A stretch of 49,472 nucleotides of DNA from assembly GCA_045587665.1 (NCBI GenBank), contig JAZNCT010000073.1:1-49472 (forward strand), in the 5' to 3' direction. This stretch comes from Eubacteriales bacterium (lineage in GTDB: Bacteria > Bacillota > Clostridia > Oscillospirales > CAG-272). The notes beneath the pieces were generated by a model. That model saw nothing but the letters and a program-made list of their open reading frames with translations, searched no databases and was not told the DNA's origin. A program made the translations under genes and the position numbers. Of this stretch, positions 25,944-35,021 are shown one piece after another; the stretch's first letter is position 1, and every line of letters starts with the position of its first letter.

Positions 25944-27167
25944 ATGCAGATCTATGAAGAACTGGTTGTCAGAGGACTTATCGCTCAGGTCACCAATGAA
26001 GAAGAAATCAAAAATATGATAAACCAAGGCAAGGCTACCTTTTATATAGGCTTTGACCCAACTGCAGACAGCCTTCATGTGGGCCATTTCATGGCTCTCT
26101 GCCTTATGAAGAGACTGCAAATGGCAGGAAATAAGCCCGTTGTTCTTATCGGAGGAGGTACTGCTATGGTAGGTGACCCCTCGGGCAGAACAGATATGCG
26201 TCAGATGATGACAAGAGAGACTATACAGCATAACTGCGATTGCTTTAAGCATCAAATGGAGAGATTTATCGACTTTGGTGAGGGCAAGGCTATAATGGTA
26301 AACAATGCCGATTGGCTTCTTGACCTAAACTATGTTGAGGTTCTGCGCGATGTTGGAGCATGCTTCTCCGTAAACCGTATGCTCAGCGCCGAATGTTATA
26401 AGCAGAGAATGGAAAAAGGACTTTCTTTCCTCGAATTCAACTATATGATAATGCAGTCTTATGACTTCTATTATCTCTATCAGAAATACGGCTGCAATAT
26501 GCAGTTTGGCGGCGACGATCAGTGGTCAAATATGCTTGGCGGCACAGAGCTTATCAGAAGAAAGCTGGGCAAGGACGCTCACGCTATGACAATAACTCTC
26601 CTCCTCAACTCAGAGGGCAAGAAAATGGGCAAAACAGCCAGCGGTGCCGTTTGGCTTGACCCAAAAAAGACCACTCCATATGATTTCTACCAATACTGGA
26701 GAAATGTGGACGATGCCGATGTACTCAAATGTATTCGCATGCTCACATTTCTGCCCCTTGAGCAGATAGACGCAATGGATTCTTGGGAGGGCAGTCAGCT
26801 AAATGCTGCAAAAGAGATTCTTGCATATGAGCTTACAAAGCTTGTTCACGGTGAAGAGGAAGCGGAAAAGGCGCAGGCAAGCGCAAAGGCGCTCTTTGGC
26901 GCAGGTGATTCGGCTGATATGCCAACAGAGGCTCTCGGTGCCGCAGATTTTGCAGACGGCAGTATAGATATTCTCTCAATTCTCGTCAAGGCCGGACTTG
27001 TTCCATCCAAGAGCGAAGCGAGAAGAGCTGTTGAACAGGGCGGCGTCAGCGTTGACGGTGAAAAGATCACCGATATTAAAAAAGCATACACTCCCGAAGA
27101 GCTAAAGGAAGGTATCGTTGTAAAACGAGGCAAAAAGAGCTTTAAAAAGGTTATTGCTGAAATTTAA
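25944..27167 (+). CDS. tyrS: Tyrosine--tRNA ligase
   Basis: YIGFDPTADSLHVGH, QFGGDDQWSN, KMGKT, C-terminal S4 domain ending RGKK. Confidence 0.98.
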   Translation: MQIYEELVVRGLIAQVTNEEEIKNMINQGKATFYIGFDPTADSLHVGHFMALCLMKRLQMAGNKPVVLIGGGTAMVGDPSGRTDMRQMMTRETIQHNCDCFKHQMERFIDFGEGKAIMVNNADWLLDLNYVEVLRDVGACFSVNRMLSAECYKQRMEKGLSFLEFNYMIMQSYDFYYLYQKYGCNMQFGGDDQWSNMLGGTELIRRKLGKDAHAMTITLLLNSEGKKMGKTASGAVWLDPKKTTPYDFYQYWRNVDDADVLKCIRMLTFLPLEQIDAMDSWEGSQLNAAKEILAYELTKLVHGEEEAEKAQASAKALFGAGDSADMPTEALGAADFADGSIDILSILVKAGLVPSKSEARRAVEQGGVSVDGEKITDIKKAYTPEELKEGIVVKRGKKSFKKVIAEI

Positions 27168-27183
27168 AAATTGAATTTTAAAG

Positions 27184-27214
27184 AAAAAAGGAGTTGTTAA
27201 ACAACTCCTTTTTT
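27184..27214. terminator. Bidirectional terminator
   Basis: AAAAAAGGAGTTGT-TAA-ACAACTCCTTTTTT. Confidence 0.88.
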
Positions 27215-27217
27215 TGT

Positions 27218-28384
27218 TTAAAGTCTTTTTACAAAATCTTCAATGCGGTCAAGTGCCTGATCGATATGCTTTATCGAATAAGCATAGGATATTCTTGCAA
27301 AGCCCTCTCCGCTTTTTCCAAATGCAGTTCCGGGAACAATGGCACACTTGTTTTCCTCCAGCAATCTCTCGCAGAACTTCTCGCTTGAAAGGCCAAATTT
27401 TCCTATATTGGGAAAGGCATAAAAAGCCCCCTCCGGCTCAAAACATTCAATGCCTATTCTGTTGAATCTTTTCAGGAGATATTTCCTTCTTCGGTCATAT
27501 TCCTCTTTCATTTTCTCAATATCATCGTCGCCGTTTTTAACAGCCTCAAGTGCTGCGAACTGGCTTGTTGTGGGCGCACACATTATAACATACTGATGAA
27601 GCTTCAGCATCTGATTTGCAAGCGGCTCGGGTGCGGCAATATAGCCCATTCTCCAGCCCGTCATTGCATAGCTTTTAGAAAAACCGCTGGCAAGGATAGT
27701 TCTCTCATGCATGCCTTCAATATTTGCAAGAGAGGTATGCTTTCTGCCGTATGTAAGCTCAGAATATATCTCATCGGAGAGCACAACTATATTTGTATCT
27801 CTGATAACGTCTGCAATATCCTCAAGCTCTTCTTTTGTAAGTATAGCGCCTGTAGGATTGTTTGGATAGGCCAAAATAAGCATTTTGGTCTTAGGGGTAA
27901 TAAGCGCCTTAAGCTCTTCGGGGTCAACCTTAAAATTATTCTTTGCTTTTGTTTCGAGAATAACCGGCACACCGCCTGCAAGACGAACACAAGGCTCATA
28001 GCAAACAAAACAGGGCGTTGGAATAATGACCTCGTCACCTGCTTCAACACAGGCTCTCACAGCAATATCTATCGCCTCTGAGCCGCCAACCGTAACAACA
28101 ACCTCAGTTTCTCCGTTATACCCAAGAGAAAAACGGCGTCTAAGATAGTTTGCTATTTCCACTCTCAGCTCTGTAAGACCGGCATTTGAGGTGTAATAGG
28201 TCTTTCCCTCTTTAAGGCTGTCAATACCTGCCTCTCTTATATGCCAGGGGGTGACAAAATCCGGCTGTCCTACCGTCAGGCCAACAACATCTTCTCTGCC
28301 CTGAAGCATATCAAAAAATTTCCTTATGCCCGATGGCTTCATATCTGCAACGGTGCCAGAAAGCACCTTTGAATAATCAAACAT
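27218..28384 (-). CDS. Class I/II PLP aminotransferase (YugH/AlaT-like)
   Basis: PSGIRKFFD, PNNPTG, SDEIY, SKSYAMTGWRMG. Confidence 0.92.
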   Translation of the reverse strand: MFDYSKVLSGTVADMKPSGIRKFFDMLQGREDVVGLTVGQPDFVTPWHIREAGIDSLKEGKTYYTSNAGLTELRVEIANYLRRRFSLGYNGETEVVVTVGGSEAIDIAVRACVEAGDEVIIPTPCFVCYEPCVRLAGGVPVILETKAKNNFKVDPEELKALITPKTKMLILAYPNNPTGAILTKEELEDIADVIRDTNIVVLSDEIYSELTYGRKHTSLANIEGMHERTILASGFSKSYAMTGWRMGYIAAPEPLANQMLKLHQYVIMCAPTTSQFAALEAVKNGDDDIEKMKEEYDRRRKYLLKRFNRIGIECFEPEGAFYAFPNIGKFGLSSEKFCERLLEENKCAIVPGTAFGKSGEGFARISYAYSIKHIDQALDRIEDFVKRL

Positions 28385-28857
28385 TATAATTCTCCTCGGA
28401 TATCTGCGTCCGGAACCCTGTATTCAACACCCTTGTCTTTATATTTGCGAAGAACAAAATGGGTTGAGCAGGACATAACGTCCTCAAGAGTTGAGAGCTT
28501 GTGGGTAACAAAATATGCAACCTCGCGCAGAGTTTTGCCCTCTATAAGCACAGCCAGATCAAAAACTCCGCTCATAAGATATACGCTCTGCACCTCCGGA
28601 TACTGGCTGATAGTTCTTGCAACCTTATCATATCCAAAATCATGCTTTGGAGTTATTTTGACCTCAATGAATGCGCTGACATACTCTCTGTCGGTCTTAT
28701 CCCAGTCAACAAGTGCCTGATAACCGAGTATAACACCGTCCTTTTCATATTTTTCTATAGTGGCTCGCAGCTCTTCCTCACTCCTGTCGCACATTGCAGA
28801 AAGCTGTTCAACAGTATATGTTGCGTTTTGCTCAAGCAGGTTTAGTATTTTATCCAT
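28384..28857 (-). CDS. Lrp/AsnC family regulator (YugG/AlaR-like)
   Basis: N-terminal HTH, EVQSVYLMSGVFDL, THFVLRKYKDKG; TAATG coupling to the aminotransferase. Confidence 0.9.
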   Translation of the reverse strand: MDKILNLLEQNATYTVEQLSAMCDRSEEELRATIEKYEKDGVILGYQALVDWDKTDREYVSAFIEVKITPKHDFGYDKVARTISQYPEVQSVYLMSGVFDLAVLIEGKTLREVAYFVTHKLSTLEDVMSCSTHFVLRKYKDKGVEYRVPDADIRGEL

Positions 28858-28890
28858 TGTGTATCTCCTTTCAGATCTTAAAATGTAAAA

Positions 28891-30504
28891 TCATTTGATC
28901 CTTTTAATTATATTTTCATAAGTCAATCCGTATTTCTCAGCTATATCTCTCGCATAGCTCTTTCCGTCAGGCTTTGCTCTAACTATCTTAAAAGAACGCT
29001 TTCCGTCATAAATACCTGCCACAAGTGTATCTATTCTTCCGCCGCCTTCTCTTTCACTCTTGTCATTTATGCTGTCGATCTCTGCCGCAAGCTCGTGAAG
29101 GTGGGTTGAAAACAAACAGCGGCATCTGAATTTTGCAAGTCCTGCAAGCACCTCTGCGGCAATATAGGAAGCCTCATATGAGCCGGTTGAGGAAAGAGAT
29201 TCATCAAGAAGCACAAGGCTGCTTTCTGAGATCTTATCGAATATCGACATCAGTCTTGCACACTCCTCGCCAAGACGTCCCTTGTCTATGGTATCATCAG
29301 AGCCTGTAGGAAAATGGGTAAATATCCCGTCTGCCGGGCTTATCACCGCCTCTGCAGCAGGGACAAACATTCCAAGCTGCATCATCGCTTGTGCAAGTCC
29401 TACAGCACAGGTAACAACGCTCTTGCCGCCTCTGTTGGGGCCTGTTAAAACAAATATTGAGGTATCAGAATCAAAGGTTATATCGTTTGGCACAACCTCA
29501 TCATCTATTTTAAGGGCAACGCAGGGATTATAAAGATCCTTTGCAACAAATTTACATTCCTCCATTGGAGCAATTGTTGGTGTAATGAGGCTGCAGCCCT
29601 TTTCTTCAAGTGCACGCATCATAGCAGTTGCCTTGCCGATGAATTCTATCTCAGGCATTAACCCCAGCAGAAAATCAGTGTTTTCGAGGACATATGTCTG
29701 AACGATCTTCTTCCAGGATCTGAGCGAAGATTTATAAACATCGTTGATAGCAGAGTTAAAAGCAAGAGACAGTGCCGTTTTCTGGTTATCATTCTGTTTT
29801 TTTCCAAAAGGAACAAGGTTTGCAATGCAGGTATATCCGTCATTTTTGTGCCCTATATGAAGTATCTTGTCAAGCACGTCTCCCGAACGGAATTTTTCCG
29901 GGTTTATAGAGATCACTCCAGCCTCTGTAGCTCTAAGCTGAGCATCAAGGTTGACACCGATAGTCACGGATTTTATCTCCCTTACCCTATTGGTAAGCTC
30001 GTTAAGCTTAACGTTAAGCTCTTTATAATAATCGCTCTCGGAAAGCTCGTAGATCCTCTCGGCAAGTGTCTTGAAGGCTTCACTTCTAAGAGACTGACGA
30101 AGAGGAACAAGATATCTTTTAAGAAGATCAATGCTTGAAATATAAAGCTCGATCTCTGTGATGCACATGAGATAATCCTCGGCATTTCCGCTATCCACTT
30201 CAAGACGGCGAAGCTCGCCGATATCAGAAAGAATCGGAATAACAGAGTTTAGCATTCTTCCCAGCTCCTCAAAATCAAGCATATCCCTGAACATATCCCG
30301 GCGATAGTTCATAACAGCAGGAGACATAGTAAAATATTCGCTGAGATCACGGCTCTCGGGATCAAGAAATTCAAGAAGCCCCAGCTCGCTGAGCTCTTCC
30401 ATACTTATTGCAGGAACTCCCTTTCCCGAATAATGCTCTGCTTCAAGCGAAGCATCGGGATAAAGAAGACTGAAATTTTTAAGATCGTTCATTTTAATCT
30501 CCAA
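28891..30504 (-). CDS. MutS-related ATPase (domain V only)
   Basis: TGPNRGGKS, THFP, GRLGEE, LVLLDESLSST, STHLHEL, KSYARDIA; no recognisable mismatch-binding or Smr domain; promoter TTGCAA-17-TATAAT near 30525-30553. Confidence 0.85.
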   Translation of the reverse strand: MEIKMNDLKNFSLLYPDASLEAEHYSGKGVPAISMEELSELGLLEFLDPESRDLSEYFTMSPAVMNYRRDMFRDMLDFEELGRMLNSVIPILSDIGELRRLEVDSGNAEDYLMCITEIELYISSIDLLKRYLVPLRQSLRSEAFKTLAERIYELSESDYYKELNVKLNELTNRVREIKSVTIGVNLDAQLRATEAGVISINPEKFRSGDVLDKILHIGHKNDGYTCIANLVPFGKKQNDNQKTALSLAFNSAINDVYKSSLRSWKKIVQTYVLENTDFLLGLMPEIEFIGKATAMMRALEEKGCSLITPTIAPMEECKFVAKDLYNPCVALKIDDEVVPNDITFDSDTSIFVLTGPNRGGKSVVTCAVGLAQAMMQLGMFVPAAEAVISPADGIFTHFPTGSDDTIDKGRLGEECARLMSIFDKISESSLVLLDESLSSTGSYEASYIAAEVLAGLAKFRCRCLFSTHLHELAAEIDSINDKSEREGGGRIDTLVAGIYDGKRSFKIVRAKPDGKSYARDIAEKYGLTYENIIKRIK

Positions 30505-30664
30505 AACTATGTTTATAATAATATATTATATATCATTTTTGCATTTTTTGCAATATTATTTTTAAAAAGTATTGTATTTGTTATTAAATTGGTAAATGCC
30601 ACTTGAAAAGCAGGAAAATTTATGATAAAGTTATGGTGAATAATTATATAAGGAGATAACCCAT

Positions 30665-32086
30665 ATGAAAAAATTTATGGATGAAAAGTTTCTGCTTTCA
30701 AATAAAACCGCAGAGCTTCTCTATGAAAATTACGCTTCAAAAATGCCTATTATCGACTATCACTGTCATCTTCCCATAAAAGAAATTGCCGATAACGTAA
30801 GCTATTCAAACATCACCGAGCTTTGGCTTGCCGCCGACCACTATAAGTGGAGAGCAATGCGCTCATGCGGTGTAGCTGAAAAATACATCACGGGAGATGC
30901 CTCCGCATATGAAAAATTCCGCGAATACTGCAAGATAATGCCATCTCTTATTGGCAATCCCGTTTACCATTGGAGTCATCTTGAGCTTCGCCGCTATTTC
31001 GACTGTGATCTGATCATAAACGAAAAGAACTGCGACGAGATCTGGAATATAACAGCAGAAAAGCTGCAGGATCCCGACATGAGTGCAAGAAAGCTCATTG
31101 AAAAAAGCAACTGCGTTCTTCTCTGCACAACAGACGATCCTGCCGATTCTCTTGAATATCACAAGCAGCTCGCAGAGGATAAGAGCTTTAGCACTCAGGT
31201 TCTTCCCGCATTCCGTCCGGATACAGGGCTCAATATCGAGCGCGCAGGCATCACAGCCTATATTGAGAGGCTTGGCAAGGCAAACGGTGTAGAGATCACC
31301 GATCTCAGATCGCTTATGGCTGCCTTTGAAGCATCCCTTAACCGTTTTGAAGCCCTCGGATGCAAAACTGCCGACCACGGCATGGACGATTATATCACCT
31401 TTGCAAAGCCCGATGAATATCATGCAGACCTTATCTTCAAAAAGGCTCTTGCTTCCGACGGCAAGGACATAACAGATGATGAGCTGACACTCTTCAAGAG
31501 CGAGATGCTTTACTTCTTCGGCAAGCAGTATAAGAACCGCGGCTGGGTAATGCAGCTTCACTTCGGCGTAGCGCGCAATCCCAACACAAAGATGTTCAAG
31601 GCCCTCGGCAGAGACAGCGGTTATGACAATATTCACGGAAAGAACTGCATCCGTGATCTCGGTCATCTTCTTGATTATCTCACAGTTAATGACGCCATGC
31701 CAAGAACTGTTCTCTATTCCATAAATCCTGCAGACAACGAGGCTATCGGCTCACTTATCGGTTCTTTCCAAGGCTCCGATGGCTATGTACCAACTATCAT
31801 GCAGGGCAGTGCTTGGTGGTTCAATGATAATATCGACGGCATGAGAAATCAGATGAAATCTCTCGCAAATCTCAGCGCGTTCGGTCGCTTCCTCGGTATG
31901 CTTACCGACTCCAGAAGCTTTACCTCCTATCCGAGGCACGAATATTTCCGCCGCATCCTCTGCGACATCGTTGGCACATGGGTTGAAGAAGGTCTCTACC
32001 CCGATGATTATGAACAGCTTGCACAGCTCATTTGCGACATCTGCTATAATAACACAAAGAATTATTTTGGATTTGATCTTGCATAA
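30665..32086 (+). CDS. uxaC: Uronate (glucuronate) isomerase
   Basis: PIIDYHCHL, DHYKWRAMR, CTTDDP, AWWFND, GMLTDSRSFTSYPRHEYFRR. Confidence 0.98.
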   Translation: MKKFMDEKFLLSNKTAELLYENYASKMPIIDYHCHLPIKEIADNVSYSNITELWLAADHYKWRAMRSCGVAEKYITGDASAYEKFREYCKIMPSLIGNPVYHWSHLELRRYFDCDLIINEKNCDEIWNITAEKLQDPDMSARKLIEKSNCVLLCTTDDPADSLEYHKQLAEDKSFSTQVLPAFRPDTGLNIERAGITAYIERLGKANGVEITDLRSLMAAFEASLNRFEALGCKTADHGMDDYITFAKPDEYHADLIFKKALASDGKDITDDELTLFKSEMLYFFGKQYKNRGWVMQLHFGVARNPNTKMFKALGRDSGYDNIHGKNCIRDLGHLLDYLTVNDAMPRTVLYSINPADNEAIGSLIGSFQGSDGYVPTIMQGSAWWFNDNIDGMRNQMKSLANLSAFGRFLGMLTDSRSFTSYPRHEYFRRILCDIVGTWVEEGLYPDDYEQLAQLICDICYNNTKNYFGFDLA

Positions 32087-32132
32087 AAAGATAAAACGGT
32101 TGAGCCAAGGCTCAACCGTTTTATCTTTTTAT
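32083..32132. terminator. Long bidirectional terminator
   Basis: ATAAAAAGATAAAACGGTTGAGCC-AA-GGCTCAACCGTTTTATCTTTTTAT, 24-bp perfect inverted repeat. Confidence 0.9.
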
Positions 32133-32815
32133 CAGGGCTTCCATATGGGGCCCCAGTCCTCTTCTTCCTTTAGCTGTTCCCTGTATTTTACCACATGGGA
32201 ATAGCTTATATTGTCTTTTGTTATTTCACCCGATCCAAGCATAGCGTCACAAACTGACGCAAGGCTGACAGATCTATATTCTATAACAGGATAATCTGCG
32301 TAAACAACCCTTTCTTCGCCATTTGACGAAGCCAAGACAGCATAACCTCTTATACTTACATCTTTGTCAAAATTATCAACAGAAAAATTTGTAACAGTGC
32401 AAGCATATTTCAAAACACTTTTATCTGCACTGATAGTTTTGCCAACCGTCCTGCCGTCTCTGAAAATGGGAATTATTTTTCCGTATGAAAGGGTAACATA
32501 CTCCCCATTCTCCCCCTTTTCCACAACAAGTTCGTCAGCGTTTTTTTCAAGCAGAGAGCTTGACGCCATTACAGTGCCGTATTCAATCACTTCATAGCCG
32601 TCTCGGCTCAGATCCGGCATTTTTGAAAGCTCTGCCGTGAATATCGAACGCAGGCCGTTATACTCGGTCTCTCTGACCTGATATCCCTCAAAGCTTATAA
32701 AATCAGCAGTCTCGGGAAAAGAAAACTCTACCTGCTCACTTGAGAACACGGGAAGTACAAAACCACATTCAAGAATAAATGTCAGTGCCACCGCTATACA
32801 TAAAAGCTTTTTCAC
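32132..32815 (-). CDS. Secreted hypothetical protein
   Basis: GTG start at 32815 gives signal peptide MKKLLCIAVALTFIL; beta-rich domain (GYQVRE..GLRS..EYGTV..RGYAVL). Confidence 0.7.
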   Translation of the reverse strand: MKKLLCIAVALTFILECGFVLPVFSSEQVEFSFPETADFISFEGYQVRETEYNGLRSIFTAELSKMPDLSRDGYEVIEYGTVMASSSLLEKNADELVVEKGENGEYVTLSYGKIIPIFRDGRTVGKTISADKSVLKYACTVTNFSVDNFDKDVSIRGYAVLASSNGEERVVYADYPVIEYRSVSLASVCDAMLGSGEITKDNISYSHVVKYREQLKEEEDWGPIWKP

Positions 32816-32831
32816 ATTATCACCACACTTT

Positions 32832-33389
32832 TCACATATGATCATATTCATCAAAGGGAGACGCAGAAGGCGTTTTTTCATCAATCGTGAAAGTAAATTT
32901 TGTTCTTTCAGCCTGCGCACCCTTGAATTCAACAATATAGTCAAGATAAAGCGTCCCATTCTCCAAAAGATGATTTTTAATCTTTAATGTGTGTATACAC
33001 AGCTCAAACGGCATAATAGGCGTTTCATAAACGCAAATATGACGCCTTCCCTCTTCAAAAACCATTGCAGTGGTAACACTTCCGCCACGCATCATACTCA
33101 CAAGCCCGGAATTGTTTTTTTCAAAGGATATCTTGGTTGTGGCTCCCTCCATTCCGGTAAGCTCACTTTCCTCATATGTTATCTCAACACATCCATTCTC
33201 TTCGGTCAAAAAACCGTCGGCATAAAGCTCAAGAACATCATCCTCCTGCTTCTCTTCAGTTTCTTCACCCTCTGCCTCATCCAGAAATTCTTCTTCCTCC
33301 ATAGAGGCAAAAAGCTTATCCATAAGAACCTTTGAAAGCTCATATTGTTTAGAAAGTATTTTTATCTTTATCTCTTTTTCCATATCCAT
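32832..33389 (-). CDS. DUF1934 (YwiB-like) beta-barrel protein
   Basis: ITYEESELTGMEGATT, MMRGG..MVFEEG, YETPIMPF; acidic insert; start uncertain (33395/33389/33383). Confidence 0.85.
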   Translation of the reverse strand: MDMEKEIKIKILSKQYELSKVLMDKLFASMEEEEFLDEAEGEETEEKQEDDVLELYADGFLTEENGCVEITYEESELTGMEGATTKISFEKNNSGLVSMMRGGSVTTAMVFEEGRRHICVYETPIMPFELCIHTLKIKNHLLENGTLYLDYIVEFKGAQAERTKFTFTIDEKTPSASPFDEYDHM

Positions 33390-33410
33390 TCTCACTTTGA
33401 GTTTTTCTTG

Positions 33411-33441
33411 GTATTACACCCCTGATCTTTAGGCAATACTA
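33411..33441 (+). promoter_or_regulatory. Forespore sigmaF/sigmaG-like promoter of the SleB-like gene
   Basis: GTATT-16-GGCAATACTA resembles the sigmaF consensus GYATA-15-GGnnAnAHTR. Confidence 0.45.
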
Positions 33442-33464
33442 TTAAAAAACAGGGGGAATTTAAA

Positions 33465-34046
33465 ATGTCTAATATCTTTGGTTTCATAAAAAAAAGCTTT
33501 CCCGGTGATATAAAGCAGGCCTTTATGGCATTTGTCCTTTCATGCTCATTTATGACAATGTCACTTTTTCTGCTCTTCAACATACTCCAAAACAGCGGAG
33601 ACAGATCATTCGAAAATAAAAGCTTCAGGGAATGCGGTCTCGAACCGTATATAATTGCAGAAGATGTATCTTTGCCTACAATAGCAGAAGAAGGGCACAA
33701 TGCTTCAAACGAGAGCCGAGCCGAGCTTTTGGCAAGGGCTATAGATATGGCAGTACCAAACGAAATATATGCCGCAAGAGTTGCTTTTGGAGCGGTTTTA
33801 CTAAATAGAGAGAAAAATGCCGCCTTTCCCTCCTCACTATCTTCCGTGATCAAAAGCGCGCAGCTTTACCCAAAAAGCTTTGAAAAGGAGCTACCTGAAC
33901 GGACACGCCACGCCGCAAGAGACGCCCTCCTTGGAGTTGACCCCACGATGGGCGCACTTTACGTTATTCAAAAAAACGACCCACACTTTGAAGAATATAA
34001 AGATAGGATAACAGCCATATACGGTGAATTTGCATTTATAAAATAG
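33465..34046 (+). CDS. SleB/Hydrolase_2-like cell wall hydrolase, catalytic Glu apparently replaced by Ala
   Basis: ELLARAI....NE.Y..RVAFGAVLLNR....FPSSLSSVI, AARDALLGVDPTMGALY and IYGEFAF align to the SleB catalytic domain; N-terminal TM. Confidence 0.8.
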   Translation: MSNIFGFIKKSFPGDIKQAFMAFVLSCSFMTMSLFLLFNILQNSGDRSFENKSFRECGLEPYIIAEDVSLPTIAEEGHNASNESRAELLARAIDMAVPNEIYAARVAFGAVLLNREKNAAFPSSLSSVIKSAQLYPKSFEKELPERTRHAARDALLGVDPTMGALYVIQKNDPHFEEYKDRITAIYGEFAFIK

Positions 34047-34114
34047 ATTATACACTATTTTTCTTCCCTTGTCAATCAAATTCCATTGACAAGGGAATTT
34101 TTATATGCTAAAAT
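34047..34114. promoter_or_regulatory. Back-to-back sigmaA promoters sharing a 13-bp inverted repeat that is also terminator-like
   Basis: - strand TTGACA(34075-34070)-17-TATAAT(34052-34047); + strand TTGACA(34086)-17-TAAAAT(34109-34114); TTCCCTTGTCAAT-8-ATTGACAAGGGAA followed by TTTTT. Confidence 0.75.
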
Positions 34115-34142
34115 TATTTCAGTTCATATTTTGGAGGTCGTT

Positions 34143-34952
34143 TTGAAAAAATACAACAAAATTCTTAGTATAGTGATAGTCATTGGCTCTGTCTTTATGT
34201 TTATAAATTATTTTTCATATTTCATAAAGCTTATCATATGGAGCGAGGGACTTCTGCCCTATATAGTTTCACTTGCAGTCATTTTTCTGATTCCGCTGGC
34301 GATAATTCTGCATAGGCGCGGGGTACTCCAAAGACTGTTTGGAGTTGCATACCCATTTCTGCGCACAATGTACGCCGCCGGCCTTGCTTTTTATACCGTG
34401 AGCTTTATTCTTCTTTGCTCATATATCCTTGCATGTGAGCATAATGCTCCAGAGGTTTCGGAGCTTCCCGAGCAAACTGTTGTCATAAACCTTGGGGCAA
34501 AGGTCAATGCAGACAGCCAGCCCGGCAAGATCCTCCGCAATCGCCTTGAAACAACATATGCTCTTCTATCCGAAAGAGATGATCTTATATGTATTGCCAG
34601 CGGCGGCAAAGGAAGCGACGAGCCTATAAGTGAGGCCGAATGTATGAAGAATTACCTTATGGCAAAAGGCATTGACGGAAATAGAATAATAATTGAGGAT
34701 GCCTCGCACAACACGATTGAAAACATAAGAAATACATCTGAGATATTAGACCGAATGGGCTTTGAAGGCTCACTTGCCTTTGTCACCACAAATTTTCATC
34801 TGCCAAGAGTCAAATACCTCTGCGCTAAAATGGGAATTGATTTAGGCCTAACCTATTTTTACAGTGCCCCCGATACAGGAAAAGCTACGCTATATACAAA
34901 TCTGGTTCGGGAATATATGTCGTATTGCAAGCTTTTTATCTTTGGAACATAA
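34143..34952 (+). CDS. YdcF/ElyC/SanA (DUF218) family membrane protein
   Basis: INLGA, ASGGKGSDEPISEAECM, EDASHNTIENI, VTTNFHLPR, VREY; GGAGG RBS with TTG start. Confidence 0.9.
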   Translation: MKKYNKILSIVIVIGSVFMFINYFSYFIKLIIWSEGLLPYIVSLAVIFLIPLAIILHRRGVLQRLFGVAYPFLRTMYAAGLAFYTVSFILLCSYILACEHNAPEVSELPEQTVVINLGAKVNADSQPGKILRNRLETTYALLSERDDLICIASGGKGSDEPISEAECMKNYLMAKGIDGNRIIIEDASHNTIENIRNTSEILDRMGFEGSLAFVTTNFHLPRVKYLCAKMGIDLGLTYFYSAPDTGKATLYTNLVREYMSYCKLFIFGT

Positions 34953-34970
34953 AAATGAATATCTAAGCAC

Positions 34971-35013
34971 AAAACAAAAGGGCCTTCGCATATTGCGAAC
35001 GCCCTTTTGTTTT
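34971..35013. terminator. Bidirectional terminator
   Basis: AAAACAAAAGGGC.TTCGCA-TAT-TGCGAA.GCCCTTTTGTTTT. Confidence 0.85.
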
Positions 35014-35021
35014 AAGAAAGA

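Noticed and set aside
30863-31666. 267-aa antisense ORF inside uxaC (similar ones at 42407-43021 and 43692-44321)
   Set aside because: Long stop-free antisense frames are expected from the codon bias of highly expressed genes.
32083-32132. Very long perfect palindromes (also at 7523, 16774, 40683, 45702) as possible MITE/REP elements
   Set aside because: They share no sequence with each other, show no target duplications, and all sit between convergent transcription units with A/T tails, so they are bidirectional terminators.
33392-33853. 153-aa minus-strand ORF antisense to the SleB-like gene, ending in a GTGA overlap with DUF1934
   Set aside because: It would lie on the proposed antisense transcript, but it is S/F-rich, has no clear RBS and mirrors a recognisable plus-strand protein. 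Revisit only if Ribo-seq shows translation.
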